A stretch of DNA of 64,000 bases, taken from positions 69,812-133,811 of the forward strand of contig JBGAUW010000011.1 of the NCBI GenBank assembly GCA_044228435.1, in the 5' to 3' direction. Positions 10,012-19,322 of this stretch are shown piece after piece; within the stretch, counting starts at the first letter, position 1; each line of letters begins with the position of its first letter. A model generated the notes under the pieces. That model was not told the origin of the DNA. It made no database searches and saw only the letters and a program-made list of their open reading frames with translations. Position numbers and translations under genes: made by a program. This DNA is from Chitinophagales bacterium (GTDB lineage Bacteria > Bacteroidota > Bacteroidia > Chitinophagales > LD1).

Positions 10012-10410
10012 TTACTCAGTAGTTATTCCATCAAATTCTTCTTCGTGCAGCGCCGCTTCTTTTTTTGTTGTCCGCACAATTCCATCTTTATGATGCGCAG
10101 GTGAATAGATGGTATACATTTTTAGCTCACTTTTAGGGTCGGTATTAATAATGTTATGCCGTGCGCCTGCCGGAATAATTACGGCATCGCCCTCTTTAAC
10201 GGCATATTCGTTTCCATCTATAATACATTTGCCAAAACCCAATTCGAAACGAAAAAACTGATCATTATCCCGATGAATTTCATCTCCAATCTCTTCGCCG
10301 GGTTTAAGGCACATAAGAACTAACTGGCTGTGTTTTGAGGTATATAATACCTTGCGGAAATTAGAATTGTGAAGCGTATCTTTTTCAATGGTAGTTTTAA
10401 ATCCTTTCAT
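10012..10410 (-). CDS. Cupin domain protein
   Basis: GEEIGDEIH...DQFFRFELG and IPAGARHNIIN cupin motifs. Confidence 0.9.
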   Translation of the reverse strand: MKGFKTTIEKDTLHNSNFRKVLYTSKHSQLVLMCLKPGEEIGDEIHRDNDQFFRFELGFGKCIIDGNEYAVKEGDAVIIPAGARHNIINTDPKSELKMYTIYSPAHHKDGIVRTTKKEAALHEEEFDGITTE

Positions 10411-10435
10411 AATTATATGTTTAGTGTGTGATAAA

Positions 10436-10774
10436 TCAACCTGAGGTTAAGCGATAGATAAGTATAGCTATGCATACCAGGAATATAGTTGTGTAAATCT
10501 GTTTGTTGTATTTTGCCAGCCACTCCGGCAAATAGATATCGAAATTACTTTTTAGCGACCCTGAATATTTACGGGCAACAACAGTTAAGGGGCACATGTT
10601 TGCAAAAACGAGTAGCACTACCCCTTCGGCAACCACCAGACCAATACATACCCATACCCACGCATCAATTTTGTTCGTAATTACAGCATATAGAAGGTAA
10701 AAGATCACTACATTAAAAAATAGCCAGATAAGGGTGTGTATTACCTTTATAAACCGAAGTGTAGCCGGTATCAT
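10436..10774 (-). CDS. Hypothetical membrane protein
   Basis: Three hydrophobic segments; IKVIHTLIW and CPLT motif; overlaps upstream gene by 4 nt. Confidence 0.7.
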   Translation of the reverse strand: MIPATLRFIKVIHTLIWLFFNVVIFYLLYAVITNKIDAWVWVCIGLVVAEGVVLLVFANMCPLTVVARKYSGSLKSNFDIYLPEWLAKYNKQIYTTIFLVCIAILIYRLTSG

Positions 10775-11418
10775 AATGCTATTTGCAGTTTTCTATTATG
10801 CTTTAAAATTAATGTAACGGCGGTAAGGCCCAATACCAGCAAGCCCGCATCTTCATAAACTCCCATTGCAATGGCGGCACCCACTCCAATTACAGACCAT
10901 AGAAAAGGAATTACCAATAAAATTACCGGGCATTTCCGATTCAATAATAGCAGCATACCAAACGTAAATATGGTAGTAGGGCACGGCAGACCAAATGTTG
11001 GCGCCATGGGGTACCTGTGGCCCAGAGCATAACCAATTATGGGATACACTACCAATGCAAATCCAACCAAAATCCAACCGATAATTGTATATATGTTCCA
11101 GTGCATTCCAAAATTCAATTTTTTGCGGATAAGACCGTACCATGCCAAAAGCAATGCCTGGATAATGAATGCAAGCCCAAATGCATACGCTGCTTTATTG
11201 ATGGTAGAAAAAAACAGTAAATGGTATACCAAAGCCATCCAAAACCAAAGGAGAGACAAGCCTGCGCTAATAGTAATATTTATCCAGGGCTTTCGTATAA
11301 AAGTTAAAGCCGCAAATAGAATGCCCAGCGAATAGAATACAATTTGTAGCGGAAAAACAGCTTCATTATAGCTTCTAAATAAATCAAAGAATTGCTCGGT
11401 AGTAAAGGGCATTTTCAT
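10771..11418 (-). CDS. DUF6064-family integral membrane protein
   Basis: MPFTTEQFFDLFRSYNEAVFP N-terminus and APTFGLPCPTTIFTFG motif; multiple TM helices. Confidence 0.75.
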   Translation of the reverse strand: MKMPFTTEQFFDLFRSYNEAVFPLQIVFYSLGILFAALTFIRKPWINITISAGLSLLWFWMALVYHLLFFSTINKAAYAFGLAFIIQALLLAWYGLIRKKLNFGMHWNIYTIIGWILVGFALVVYPIIGYALGHRYPMAPTFGLPCPTTIFTFGMLLLLNRKCPVILLVIPFLWSVIGVGAAIAMGVYEDAGLLVLGLTAVTLILKHNRKLQIAL

Positions 11419-11451
11419 GGCTTTATAATAAGTTTGTTATAACAAAGCCAG

Positions 11452-11640
11452 TTAAAACTTTAAAAACTCCAGCAGCTTGTACACCACAAATACCGGCCAC
11501 ACCAGGGCCTTTAAAAACCCTAATACTCCCATCCAAAAACCTACCGCATGTTGTATAAAATAAATGGCTGCACCTATTAAGCCCAGGCCATAAACCATTG
11601 ATGGAGCTGTAACAACACGTTGTTTAAAAGAAGGTTGCAT
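11452..11640 (-). CDS. Small two-TM hypothetical membrane protein
   Basis: 62 aa, VYGLGLIGAAIYFIQHA..FWMGVLGFLKALVWP. Confidence 0.7.
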   Translation of the reverse strand: MQPSFKQRVVTAPSMVYGLGLIGAAIYFIQHAVGFWMGVLGFLKALVWPVFVVYKLLEFLKF

Positions 11641-11712
11641 AGATTGATTGCTTTTGTTGCAAAGTTGTGTTTGGCAGGAGCAATAAAAGATGATCTATGC
11701 TGTGTGATTGGA

Positions 11713-11745
11713 TGATTAGTATCAATAGATGCCTGATTGCTGTCA
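11713..11745. promoter_or_regulatory. Two Crp/Fnr-like boxes
   Basis: TGATtagtATCA 11713-11724 and TGAttgctgTCA 11734-11745 in the divergent region before the nitroreductase. Confidence 0.6.
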
Positions 11746-11841
11746 GCAAAAACTCTTTTAAAAAGAGAGAACTTTGTATTCAAATGCGATGGGAGAAAAG
11801 GAACTAACAACCCATTTATCGTGTAATTAAAACTTTACAGT

Positions 11842-12435
11842 ATGAATGCAACAATTTCTACTATTTATAACCGAAGAGCAGTAAGGAAGTATAAAGATAA
11901 ACCCGTTGGCAGGAAAATTATTGAACAAATTCTTGATGCAGGAAGAATGGCTCCGTCAGCAATAAATATGCAGCCATGGAAATTCTATATCGTTACCGAT
12001 AAGGAACAAATTGCTAAATATTCGAAAGCGATTAGGTTAGGCGCAATAAAAGGGATTTTTAAATCAGGCATCAAAAAAATTGCAAAGGCTGTTATAGGTG
12101 CTTTAACTTTTCCGGCTAAAGCAGATTTTGCCAGGCAAGAAGATATGGTCTTTCATGGTGCCCCGGTAGTTATTTTTATTACCTCGCCTAACGATAATGA
12201 ATGGGCTGCTTTGGATATAGGTATGTGTGCACAAAATATAATGTTGGCTGCAAAATCGCTTGGCTTGGATACCTGCCCTGTAGGAATGGCCAAGTATATC
12301 GAGTATACTGATTTATATGACAGTATGAATATTCCCAGGGATGAAAAGATAAACCTGGCTATCATTTTAGGGTATGGCAATGAATCGCCTGTGCAACATG
12401 TCAGGTCTCTTAATAACGTAACATATCTTAATTGA
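11842..12435 (+). CDS. Nitroreductase family protein
   Basis: RRAVRKY, ILDAGRMAPSAINMQPWKF, AQNIMLAAKSLGLDTC. Confidence 0.92.
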   Translation: MNATISTIYNRRAVRKYKDKPVGRKIIEQILDAGRMAPSAINMQPWKFYIVTDKEQIAKYSKAIRLGAIKGIFKSGIKKIAKAVIGALTFPAKADFARQEDMVFHGAPVVIFITSPNDNEWAALDIGMCAQNIMLAAKSLGLDTCPVGMAKYIEYTDLYDSMNIPRDEKINLAIILGYGNESPVQHVRSLNNVTYLN

Positions 12436-12489
12436 TTTGATCTGAGTTTTAACGTTAGTTTGTCCAGTATCTTTGGGTATATTAGTGCA

Positions 12490-14172
12490 ATGCCAATTCT
12501 TATTTCTGTTTTTCAACTTTTAGCGGGTATTGGGTTGTTTCTTTTTGGCATGCATTTGATTGAGGATTCGTTGAAAAACATTTCGGGCAGAAATTTTAAG
12601 CTGTTCCTTCAGCGTATTACCAGGAATAGGTTTGGTGCAGTAGCGGGCGGTGCCATAGTTACGGGCGTGCTTCAAAGCAGTTCAATGGTATCGTTAATGG
12701 TGCTCGCCTTTGTAGGTGCAGGTGTGTTTACTATGAGGAATGCCATTGCTATAATACTTGGTGCCAACCTGGGTACCACGCTGGATAGTTGGGTTGTAGC
12801 TACGCTCGGGTTTAAGGTAAATATTGAAGTAGCTGCTTATCCTGCTGTTTTTGTTGGCGGGATTTTACTTGTCATATTTGGTAACCGCAGGGTTGTAAAG
12901 TATATCGCTTTTTTTCTTTTAGGTTTTGGGCTTATGTTTATAGGGCTTGCCTTTATGAAAACGGCCATGGTGGCGCAGGTAAAAGAGTTTGATCTTTCGC
13001 AATATGCGCTTTTGCCTTTACCATTTTTCCTGTTGCTTGGTTTTGTATTAACGCTGTTGGTGCAATCCAGTTCTGTTACAATGGCACTTACGCTTAGTGC
13101 ACTACACACAGGTGCTATAGGTTTTGCTCCGGCTGCCGCTATAGTGTTAGGTTCCGAAACCGGCACTACTATTAAAATTGTAGTGAGCGCTTTTGGTGGT
13201 AATGCTTCAAAAAAGAGGGTGGCCCTGGGCAATTTTATTTTTAATGTTTTTTTAACCGTATTCACATTTGCCCTGCTTCAGCCTATTCTGCATGTAATTA
13301 CTGATTTTTTTAAAATAAAGGACCCGCTTATTGGTTTGGTTACTTTTTCCAGTCTTAGTAATCTGTTTAGCATCGCAATTTTTCTGCCTTTATTAAATCC
13401 TTTTTCAAAACTGCTTGAGAAGTTTTTTAAAAATACCGATGCCGCCTTGGTGGCATTTATTGGCCATGCAGATATAGCTGAAACAGAAACATCTCTGGAT
13501 CTTTTTCGGAGAGAGACTGAATACTTTATATATAACTCTATGCTCTTTAATTTGCGGCAGTTTGAAATTGATAGCAGCTTTATTGAAGATAATTTGGTAT
13601 TTAATGACATTAACGTTTCCAGGAAGTTTCTTTCAAAAACGCAGGAGGAGAAATATGAATTTATGCGCCAATGGCAGGGCGAAATTCAATCGTTTTATTT
13701 GCAGTTGCGGGCAAAAGTGAAAGATACCGATATTGTTGAGCTTAATCAACTTATTTCAACTATAAGAAGCGCGATGTATGCAGTTAAGAGTATGAAGGAT
13801 ATTGGAAGTAACATTAATAACCTGCAACGATCTTCAAAGGATATAAAATATGATTTTTTCGTATGGCATAAGAAAGAGACTGAAGATTTGTATAGAGTTT
13901 TATATGCTTGTTTTTCTCAAAGCGGAAAAGTATCGTTTGAGAAGCTTAAAAGTGTTTATACTTCTATACAAAGTAATTATACATCTGCGCTGAATAATTT
14001 TTATACACAAGCAACTGAAGCCACAATTGAGGATTTGGATATTACTATTGCTATAAATTTTAATCGCGAGTTGTTTACTTCCAATAAGGCCATGCTGATG
14101 GCGATAAAAGATTTTTTACTTGATGAAAAGGAGGCCGATGATTTTAATGAAATACCGGAATATGAGAGTTAG
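12490..14172 (+). CDS. Na/Pi cotransporter family protein
   Basis: Two QSSS repeats (LQSSS, VQSSS), GANLGTT, GSETGTT; PhoU-like helical C-terminus. Start 12490 chosen (ORF open from 12460). Confidence 0.9.
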   Translation: MPILISVFQLLAGIGLFLFGMHLIEDSLKNISGRNFKLFLQRITRNRFGAVAGGAIVTGVLQSSSMVSLMVLAFVGAGVFTMRNAIAIILGANLGTTLDSWVVATLGFKVNIEVAAYPAVFVGGILLVIFGNRRVVKYIAFFLLGFGLMFIGLAFMKTAMVAQVKEFDLSQYALLPLPFFLLLGFVLTLLVQSSSVTMALTLSALHTGAIGFAPAAAIVLGSETGTTIKIVVSAFGGNASKKRVALGNFIFNVFLTVFTFALLQPILHVITDFFKIKDPLIGLVTFSSLSNLFSIAIFLPLLNPFSKLLEKFFKNTDAALVAFIGHADIAETETSLDLFRRETEYFIYNSMLFNLRQFEIDSSFIEDNLVFNDINVSRKFLSKTQEEKYEFMRQWQGEIQSFYLQLRAKVKDTDIVELNQLISTIRSAMYAVKSMKDIGSNINNLQRSSKDIKYDFFVWHKKETEDLYRVLYACFSQSGKVSFEKLKSVYTSIQSNYTSALNNFYTQATEATIEDLDITIAINFNRELFTSNKAMLMAIKDFLLDEKEADDFNEIPEYES

Positions 14173-14241
14173 CTGCTGGTTAGGGAGGTGAAATAAATTT
14201 TAATTATTACCCCCTAAAAGGGCAGATATCAATATTTGAGG

Positions 14242-14805
14242 TTACAGGTTTTTTAAAATAAAATCTACCCGTTCATGCGGTAGCATAACGGGCACACGAA
14301 CAATAGGAAAGGGTAACGATTCGTATACATCTATTATAGCAGTCTGTATTTTCTTTTGTGCTTCTTCATCCTCTGTGCGTGCGTAATCATGCACCAGCGG
14401 AAGACAATCAAGTATAAAAATCTTTTTATAGTTAATCTTAAACATGGCTTCTGCAAGTTTTGGATCTATAACTATATTTAAGTAACGATAATATGCTAAT
14501 GCATCGGGTATAGCTCTGTCTAAAAAAACTATCTCATCAGGTTGTAATTCTTTTTCAACTTCAATTTGCATTTCTAATACATGCAGTTGAAACTCTTCCT
14601 GGTTTTTGCGCACTTCTTCAACTGTATGGCCGCTTAGTCGCTGCATGTCGAAATAATGCCTCGCGTTTTCAATTGTAGTTTTATAGCCCCTTGCTTTCAA
14701 TAAATTAACCATCGTGGTTTTACCCGAACCCGGCCCGCCGGTAATCACATACCAGTTAGTTGTTTTCTTTTCGGTTTGCAAAGTTTTATCAGTGGTTGTT
14801 GGCAA
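14242..14805 (-). CDS. AAA_28/NadR-like ATPase
   Basis: Walker A VITGGPGSGKTT, VFLDRAIPDALAY, YARTED. Confidence 0.85.
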   Translation of the reverse strand: MPTTTDKTLQTEKKTTNWYVITGGPGSGKTTMVNLLKARGYKTTIENARHYFDMQRLSGHTVEEVRKNQEEFQLHVLEMQIEVEKELQPDEIVFLDRAIPDALAYYRYLNIVIDPKLAEAMFKINYKKIFILDCLPLVHDYARTEDEEAQKKIQTAIIDVYESLPFPIVRVPVMLPHERVDFILKNL

Positions 14806-14830
14806 GGCTTTGTTTTTTTTCTGTTTATAA

Positions 14831-14864
14831 TTGGATGTTATGCTTGTGTAAGCATAACATCCAA
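14831..14864. terminator. Perfect 15-bp inverted repeat hairpin
   Basis: TTGGATGTTATGCTT-gtgt-AAGCATAACATCCAA between two minus-strand genes. Confidence 0.55.
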
Positions 14865-14874
14865 ATTATAATAA

Positions 14875-15594
14875 TTATAGCAAGAAAAACGATACCAGGT
14901 CTATTTCAATTACTTTCCCGTTTTTTCCTTCGGCTTTAATGTAAACTAAGCCAAATTTATGGTTTACGCGGTAAGTTACTTTGCTTAAAACCGGGTCGCT
15001 GGCCGGGGCTATGTATTCTACTTTACTGGTTTTAATCATCCAAAAGCTGTAAGGCCAATCATCTACACCGGTTTTTTCGGTTACAGTAGCGGTTAGGGTT
15101 TCTCCATTATTCCGCGTTACACTATAGTTAGTGCCCTGCGGATCGGCATATTTTACGGTCCATGGCTTTCCGTCTACAAAGTAATTCTGCATGCCTTCCG
15201 ATGTTATCTTCAGTTTAAACTGAACATTTAATATACCTGATGTTGAAACGCTCCATGTTACATCTTTAGGATTATAATAGTTTATAAGTTGAGGTAGTAT
15301 AGTTATTAAGTCGGCAATCATAGTGTCCGGGTAAGCGGTAGCATCAACAGTAGCTGTATAAGTTACCATTCCATTGTCGTTGCTTAATACTTTAAAGGTG
15401 GTTCCCGGAAGGTTAACCCCGTTAACGGTAAAGTAAACATTGGTTACACTATCTTTTTGTGTTAGGGGGATGTTGGTTTCTCCGCCCAGTACGTTGGGGT
15501 CATTATTCTTTTTGCACGAGTTGGCAGTTAGCAGAATGATTAAAAAGGCTAATACCATTGCCGCCTTGCTGGATATCTGTTTTGTGTTTTTCAT
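14875..15594 (-). CDS. Hypothetical lipoprotein
   Basis: Start 15594 (MKNTKQ...LLTANSC lipobox), beta-rich mature part. Confidence 0.7.
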   Translation of the reverse strand: MKNTKQISSKAAMVLAFLIILLTANSCKKNNDPNVLGGETNIPLTQKDSVTNVYFTVNGVNLPGTTFKVLSNDNGMVTYTATVDATAYPDTMIADLITILPQLINYYNPKDVTWSVSTSGILNVQFKLKITSEGMQNYFVDGKPWTVKYADPQGTNYSVTRNNGETLTATVTEKTGVDDWPYSFWMIKTSKVEYIAPASDPVLSKVTYRVNHKFGLVYIKAEGKNGKVIEIDLVSFFLL

Positions 15595-15642
15595 GTTGTT
15601 TAATTTTAAAGCAATAGTGCACACATAGCAGAGCATATTTTA

Positions 15643-15769
15643 TGAGGGTGCTCAAATTGAATAATGATACGCATCATCATATCCTGAAAACGGATACTAT
15701 AAAAATCTTAAGAAGCAGATGTTTGAAATGGGGTAACTCTTCTGCCTGTGGTGTAGTTGATGTTAATCA
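15643..15769. promoter_or_regulatory. Three Crp/Fnr-like boxes
   Basis: TGAgggtgcTCA 15643-15654, TGATacgcATCA 15665-15676, TGATgttaATCA 15758-15769. Confidence 0.6.
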
Positions 15770-15861
15770 TAATCAACGCTATTCTGTGGCATTGCTTTCC
15801 GTAGCTGCCCGCAGCATTTTTGCATTCGATATTTAATCAATAACAATTAAAAAAGCACTAA

Positions 15862-18177
15862 ATGAAAAACAGGATTTTACAATTTATTGTGTTACTCGCT
15901 CTGAGTAGTACAGGTGCATACGCCCAAACCTCGTGTGCCGATTTGAATAACTATGTCAGTTATAAGAATACTGCCGATACAGGCTATTACGCATTAATTG
16001 CAGGGTTTGAAGAAAAAGCAGCACAAACCTATCATTACTCCGGGCCGGGAAAAGTTTCTTCGGTGCGGGTATATGGAAATTATCCGGGGTTGTTAGGTGG
16101 GGTGCCTTTGCAGGTAGGTGTTTACAATGTAGATAATACCGGCAGGCCTACGTCTTTAATTCAATCAGTTAATACTACCTGGTGGTGGTTTAATAACGCA
16201 GCAGGTTATATGGATGTGTACTTTAGTGGTGGTGGAGTTATGATTGATCATAATTTTGCCGTGGAAGTAGAGTTGCGTTCTGCTTCGCCATGGGGTTCTT
16301 CTTTTCGCGTGCAGTATACCGGTAATGGCGAAGGCCATGGAGAAAACCTGGCTTCTTTAGCCGGCACTTCTACCGGTAACAACTGGTCAAGCGCAATGGT
16401 TGATTTTAGTCGCGACGGTGATTTTTACCTCGTTCCCAGAATGACTAACTATATCACTTCGGCGTTTAACGCTAGTTCGCGTTGCATAGCAACCGGTGGT
16501 AATATTACTTTTACTAATACATCTACCTTTAGTAAAGATAGTATGTTTAATAAAATTGCATTTAACAATGGTGCAGGGCCTGATTTTTATTACGATTGGA
16601 ATTTTGGTGATGGCTCACCGGTTTCGCATGCAACAAGCCCCAGCCATGTTTACGCTTCAGCAGGTGTTTATACTGTAACGCTTACCAGTAATTTGGTGGG
16701 TTGGCACGGTAGCTGTTCCGATGTAAAAACAATGCAGATTTCAGTTGGATTGGCAGTGTCAGCCACTTCCATAGTAAACAGCACTTGCAACGGCTCTGAT
16801 AATGGAAGTATAGTAGCTGTGGGTACTGGTGGTGCAACACCTTATACTTACAATACCAACGATTATAACAACCATTCAAATCCGAATTTTGGTGGTCTTG
16901 CTGCCGGTACTTATTCGGTATACGTTACCGATGCTTTAGGCTGCAGGGCATCGGCGCCTTTTGTAATTACAGAACCACAGGCTATTAGTTTTACAAGTAT
17001 TCAATCTACCACCTCCAGCTGCGGTAATGCAGATGGTGGAATAGTAGTAAATGCTACCGGTGGTACCGGCGCTTTACAATACCGGTTAAACTCGGGTAGC
17101 TATCAGGCGAATGGTAATTTTTATAATCAACCTTCTGGCTCTTATACCATTACTGTAAAAGATGCAAATAACTGCACGGCTCAAAGTCTTGCCACGGTTA
17201 TTCAAAAATACCAGGCTTTTATAGATACATTCCGATACTTCAACCCGACAGCTATAATTTACGTATGCAAAATGTCTCCTTTAGGTGTTGGATTTCCTAC
17301 CTATGTAACCAACTGGAATAGGCTAAATAATGCAATTTTAGGAGGCACAGGCAACGGGATAACGGCACTAACAAGGTATGACAGGCGTATAACAGATAAC
17401 AGCGTTGAACTTGATAATGGCGCAGGCGGCTTAGCAGATGGCTATAATTTCCAAGACGGCCTACACCCAAACAACGCGGGAAAAATAGTTATCGCTAATG
17501 CGTTTAAACGAGCTTTACGAGCTGACGGATTTCTTACATGCGGAACAGTATTAGCGCCTAACTATACAGGATACCACAACGGTGATACGCTAAAGCCAAT
17601 AGGTGATTTAAAGGACGTTACTTTAATGTCTAACAATGCCACCGGTCAGCCAACGGTAACAATAAGAAACTACGGCAACGGCGCAAACGCTTACGGTGCA
17701 GTTATATTTACAAACAACGATGGAACAAAGTCATATTTTATGGGTATCGGGAATACTGCTGAAAGCGGCTACGGAGTTCCTAATGAATTTTTTATAGCTG
17801 ATGGCGCCAATACCAGGTTTGATATTACAAGCGCGGGATTTGTGGGTATAGCTACCGCTGCGCCTACTTCCACGTTTTATGTAAACGGTAGCTTTGGAAC
17901 AGCCTATGTAGCTAAAACAGGAGCATACACTTTAACCGCATCTGACCATACGGTTAATTGCACCTCAGGTACTTTTGATCTTACCTTACCTACTGCCGTG
18001 GGATGCGCTGGCCGGGAGTATGTATTGAATAATTCCGGTGCCGGAACTATAACTATTAACACTACAAGCTCACAAACTATTGACGGTAACGCCAGCGGAG
18101 CCTTAAGTATGATTCAAAATAAAAATTATGTGGTTAAGAGTGATGGTGCGAACTGGATAATTATATCAGCTAAATAA
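15862..18177 (+). CDS. Chimeric ORF: secreted PKD/SprB-repeat protein (to ~17200) joined in frame to truncated SGNH hydrolase plus phage tail-fibre C-terminus
   Basis: Signal peptide, PKD (WNFGDG..HVYASAGVYTVTL), SprB repeats (GSIVAVGTGGATPY, YTITVKDANNC). After ~17200 an SGNH block V (DGLHPN) without blocks I-III, then GFVGIATAAPTSTFYVNGS and T.TLPTA...SDGANW tail-fibre end. No T9SS C-terminal domain. Confidence 0.7.
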   Translation: MKNRILQFIVLLALSSTGAYAQTSCADLNNYVSYKNTADTGYYALIAGFEEKAAQTYHYSGPGKVSSVRVYGNYPGLLGGVPLQVGVYNVDNTGRPTSLIQSVNTTWWWFNNAAGYMDVYFSGGGVMIDHNFAVEVELRSASPWGSSFRVQYTGNGEGHGENLASLAGTSTGNNWSSAMVDFSRDGDFYLVPRMTNYITSAFNASSRCIATGGNITFTNTSTFSKDSMFNKIAFNNGAGPDFYYDWNFGDGSPVSHATSPSHVYASAGVYTVTLTSNLVGWHGSCSDVKTMQISVGLAVSATSIVNSTCNGSDNGSIVAVGTGGATPYTYNTNDYNNHSNPNFGGLAAGTYSVYVTDALGCRASAPFVITEPQAISFTSIQSTTSSCGNADGGIVVNATGGTGALQYRLNSGSYQANGNFYNQPSGSYTITVKDANNCTAQSLATVIQKYQAFIDTFRYFNPTAIIYVCKMSPLGVGFPTYVTNWNRLNNAILGGTGNGITALTRYDRRITDNSVELDNGAGGLADGYNFQDGLHPNNAGKIVIANAFKRALRADGFLTCGTVLAPNYTGYHNGDTLKPIGDLKDVTLMSNNATGQPTVTIRNYGNGANAYGAVIFTNNDGTKSYFMGIGNTAESGYGVPNEFFIADGANTRFDITSAGFVGIATAAPTSTFYVNGSFGTAYVAKTGAYTLTASDHTVNCTSGTFDLTLPTAVGCAGREYVLNNSGAGTITINTTSSQTIDGNASGALSMIQNKNYVVKSDGANWIIISAK

Positions 18178-18186
18178 TTCGGCAAA

Positions 18187-18393
18187 ATGAGAAGTACAAC
18201 CTTATCAATCATTTGTGGAGAGTTAGTTGCCGGCTTGGTTGCTTACCTGCATTTTGATGTTGCAATGTCGTTGGCCGTTAAACTTGGCGCAGTTGTATTT
18301 TGGGGAGCTGTGGGAGGGGCTAGCGGTATGGCCGGTAAAGAAATTTTCACCTACTTATTAAATAAAATCAACTCATGGAGGCAGCGACTTTAG
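18187..18393 (+). CDS. Small membrane protein, holin/antiholin-like
   Basis: 68 aa, two hydrophobic helices, basic C-terminus, in lysis-cassette position. Confidence 0.55.
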   Translation: MRSTTLSIICGELVAGLVAYLHFDVAMSLAVKLGAVVFWGAVGGASGMAGKEIFTYLLNKINSWRQRL

Positions 18394-18767
18394 ACTATAA
18401 CGAATTAGTATACCTAATTTTTGGAACCGGTAACCTGGCATTTGTTATTGCGGGCGGCTTCTTTGCAGTTATTGGTGGTTTGTTATCAATGGCCGTTCGT
18501 GCCACTAAAAAGAAAATAGAGGCTAACCCCGTTTCACCTGCAACCTTTAGCTGGTCATACCTTTGGTGCGATAAGGCTAATTATTTTTATGCCTCCGTGC
18601 TTATTACAATTCTTATGCTTCGGTTTAGCGCAATATGGATACCTCCCATGTTTGCGATGGCCGGAGCTGCCGGTATAGGCTTTTTAAACTACCAGCTTAT
18701 AGCTGTATTTCTTAAATGGGTAACTAAGTTCTTTCCAGACTTAGAAACCCCAAACCAACCACAATGA
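18375..18767 (+). CDS. Putative holin (three TM helices)
   Basis: 130 aa, three hydrophobic segments, overlaps both neighbours. Confidence 0.6.
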   Translation: MEAATLDYNELVYLIFGTGNLAFVIAGGFFAVIGGLLSMAVRATKKKIEANPVSPATFSWSYLWCDKANYFYASVLITILMLRFSAIWIPPMFAMAGAAGIGFLNYQLIAVFLKWVTKFFPDLETPNQPQ

Positions 18768-19321
18768 GAAAGCTTTACATTTTTGGCGTCGCCATTCTTT
18801 TATTGAGCAGCTGCACAGTTACCCGCGATAAGTGCAATCAGCTTTACCCTCCGGTTGTAACCCATACCGTTGATACGTTCCTGCAGGTGCGTGAAACTAT
18901 TTTGCACGATACCACGTTCGTTCCGGCCGAGAGCTCCGAGATGGAGCTGTATTTCGAGGCAGATGCTAATAACGAAGTGCAGGTAACTAAAGCGGTTACT
19001 AAGAACGGCCAGCGTTCAAACATTGCATACACCACCGAGCGAAACAATAAGGTGCTAACCGCTATGTTTAAATGCAACTGCGATAGCCTCAATATTTACC
19101 ATGTGTTTAAGCAACTAGATACTACGCTGCGGGTAAACACCAATAATACGGCCATACACACCGTAAACGTGCCGGCGCAGCTTACCTGGTGGCAATCGTT
19201 TAAAGTTGATTATGGCGGGTATGCAATGGGCTTGATTCTGCTCTACCTGCTTTTACGTATAGGATGGTGGGCCCTGAAGACCTACACCAAAATACAATTA
19301 CCGTTCACTAATTTTTTATAG
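18764..19321 (+). CDS. Putative unimolecular spanin
   Basis: N-terminal lipobox LLLSSC plus C-terminal TM GYAMGLILLYLLLRIGWWAL; located between holin-like gene and lysin. Confidence 0.65.
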   Translation: MRKLYIFGVAILLLSSCTVTRDKCNQLYPPVVTHTVDTFLQVRETILHDTTFVPAESSEMELYFEADANNEVQVTKAVTKNGQRSNIAYTTERNNKVLTAMFKCNCDSLNIYHVFKQLDTTLRVNTNNTAIHTVNVPAQLTWWQSFKVDYGGYAMGLILLYLLLRIGWWALKTYTKIQLPFTNFL

Positions 19322-19322
19322 C

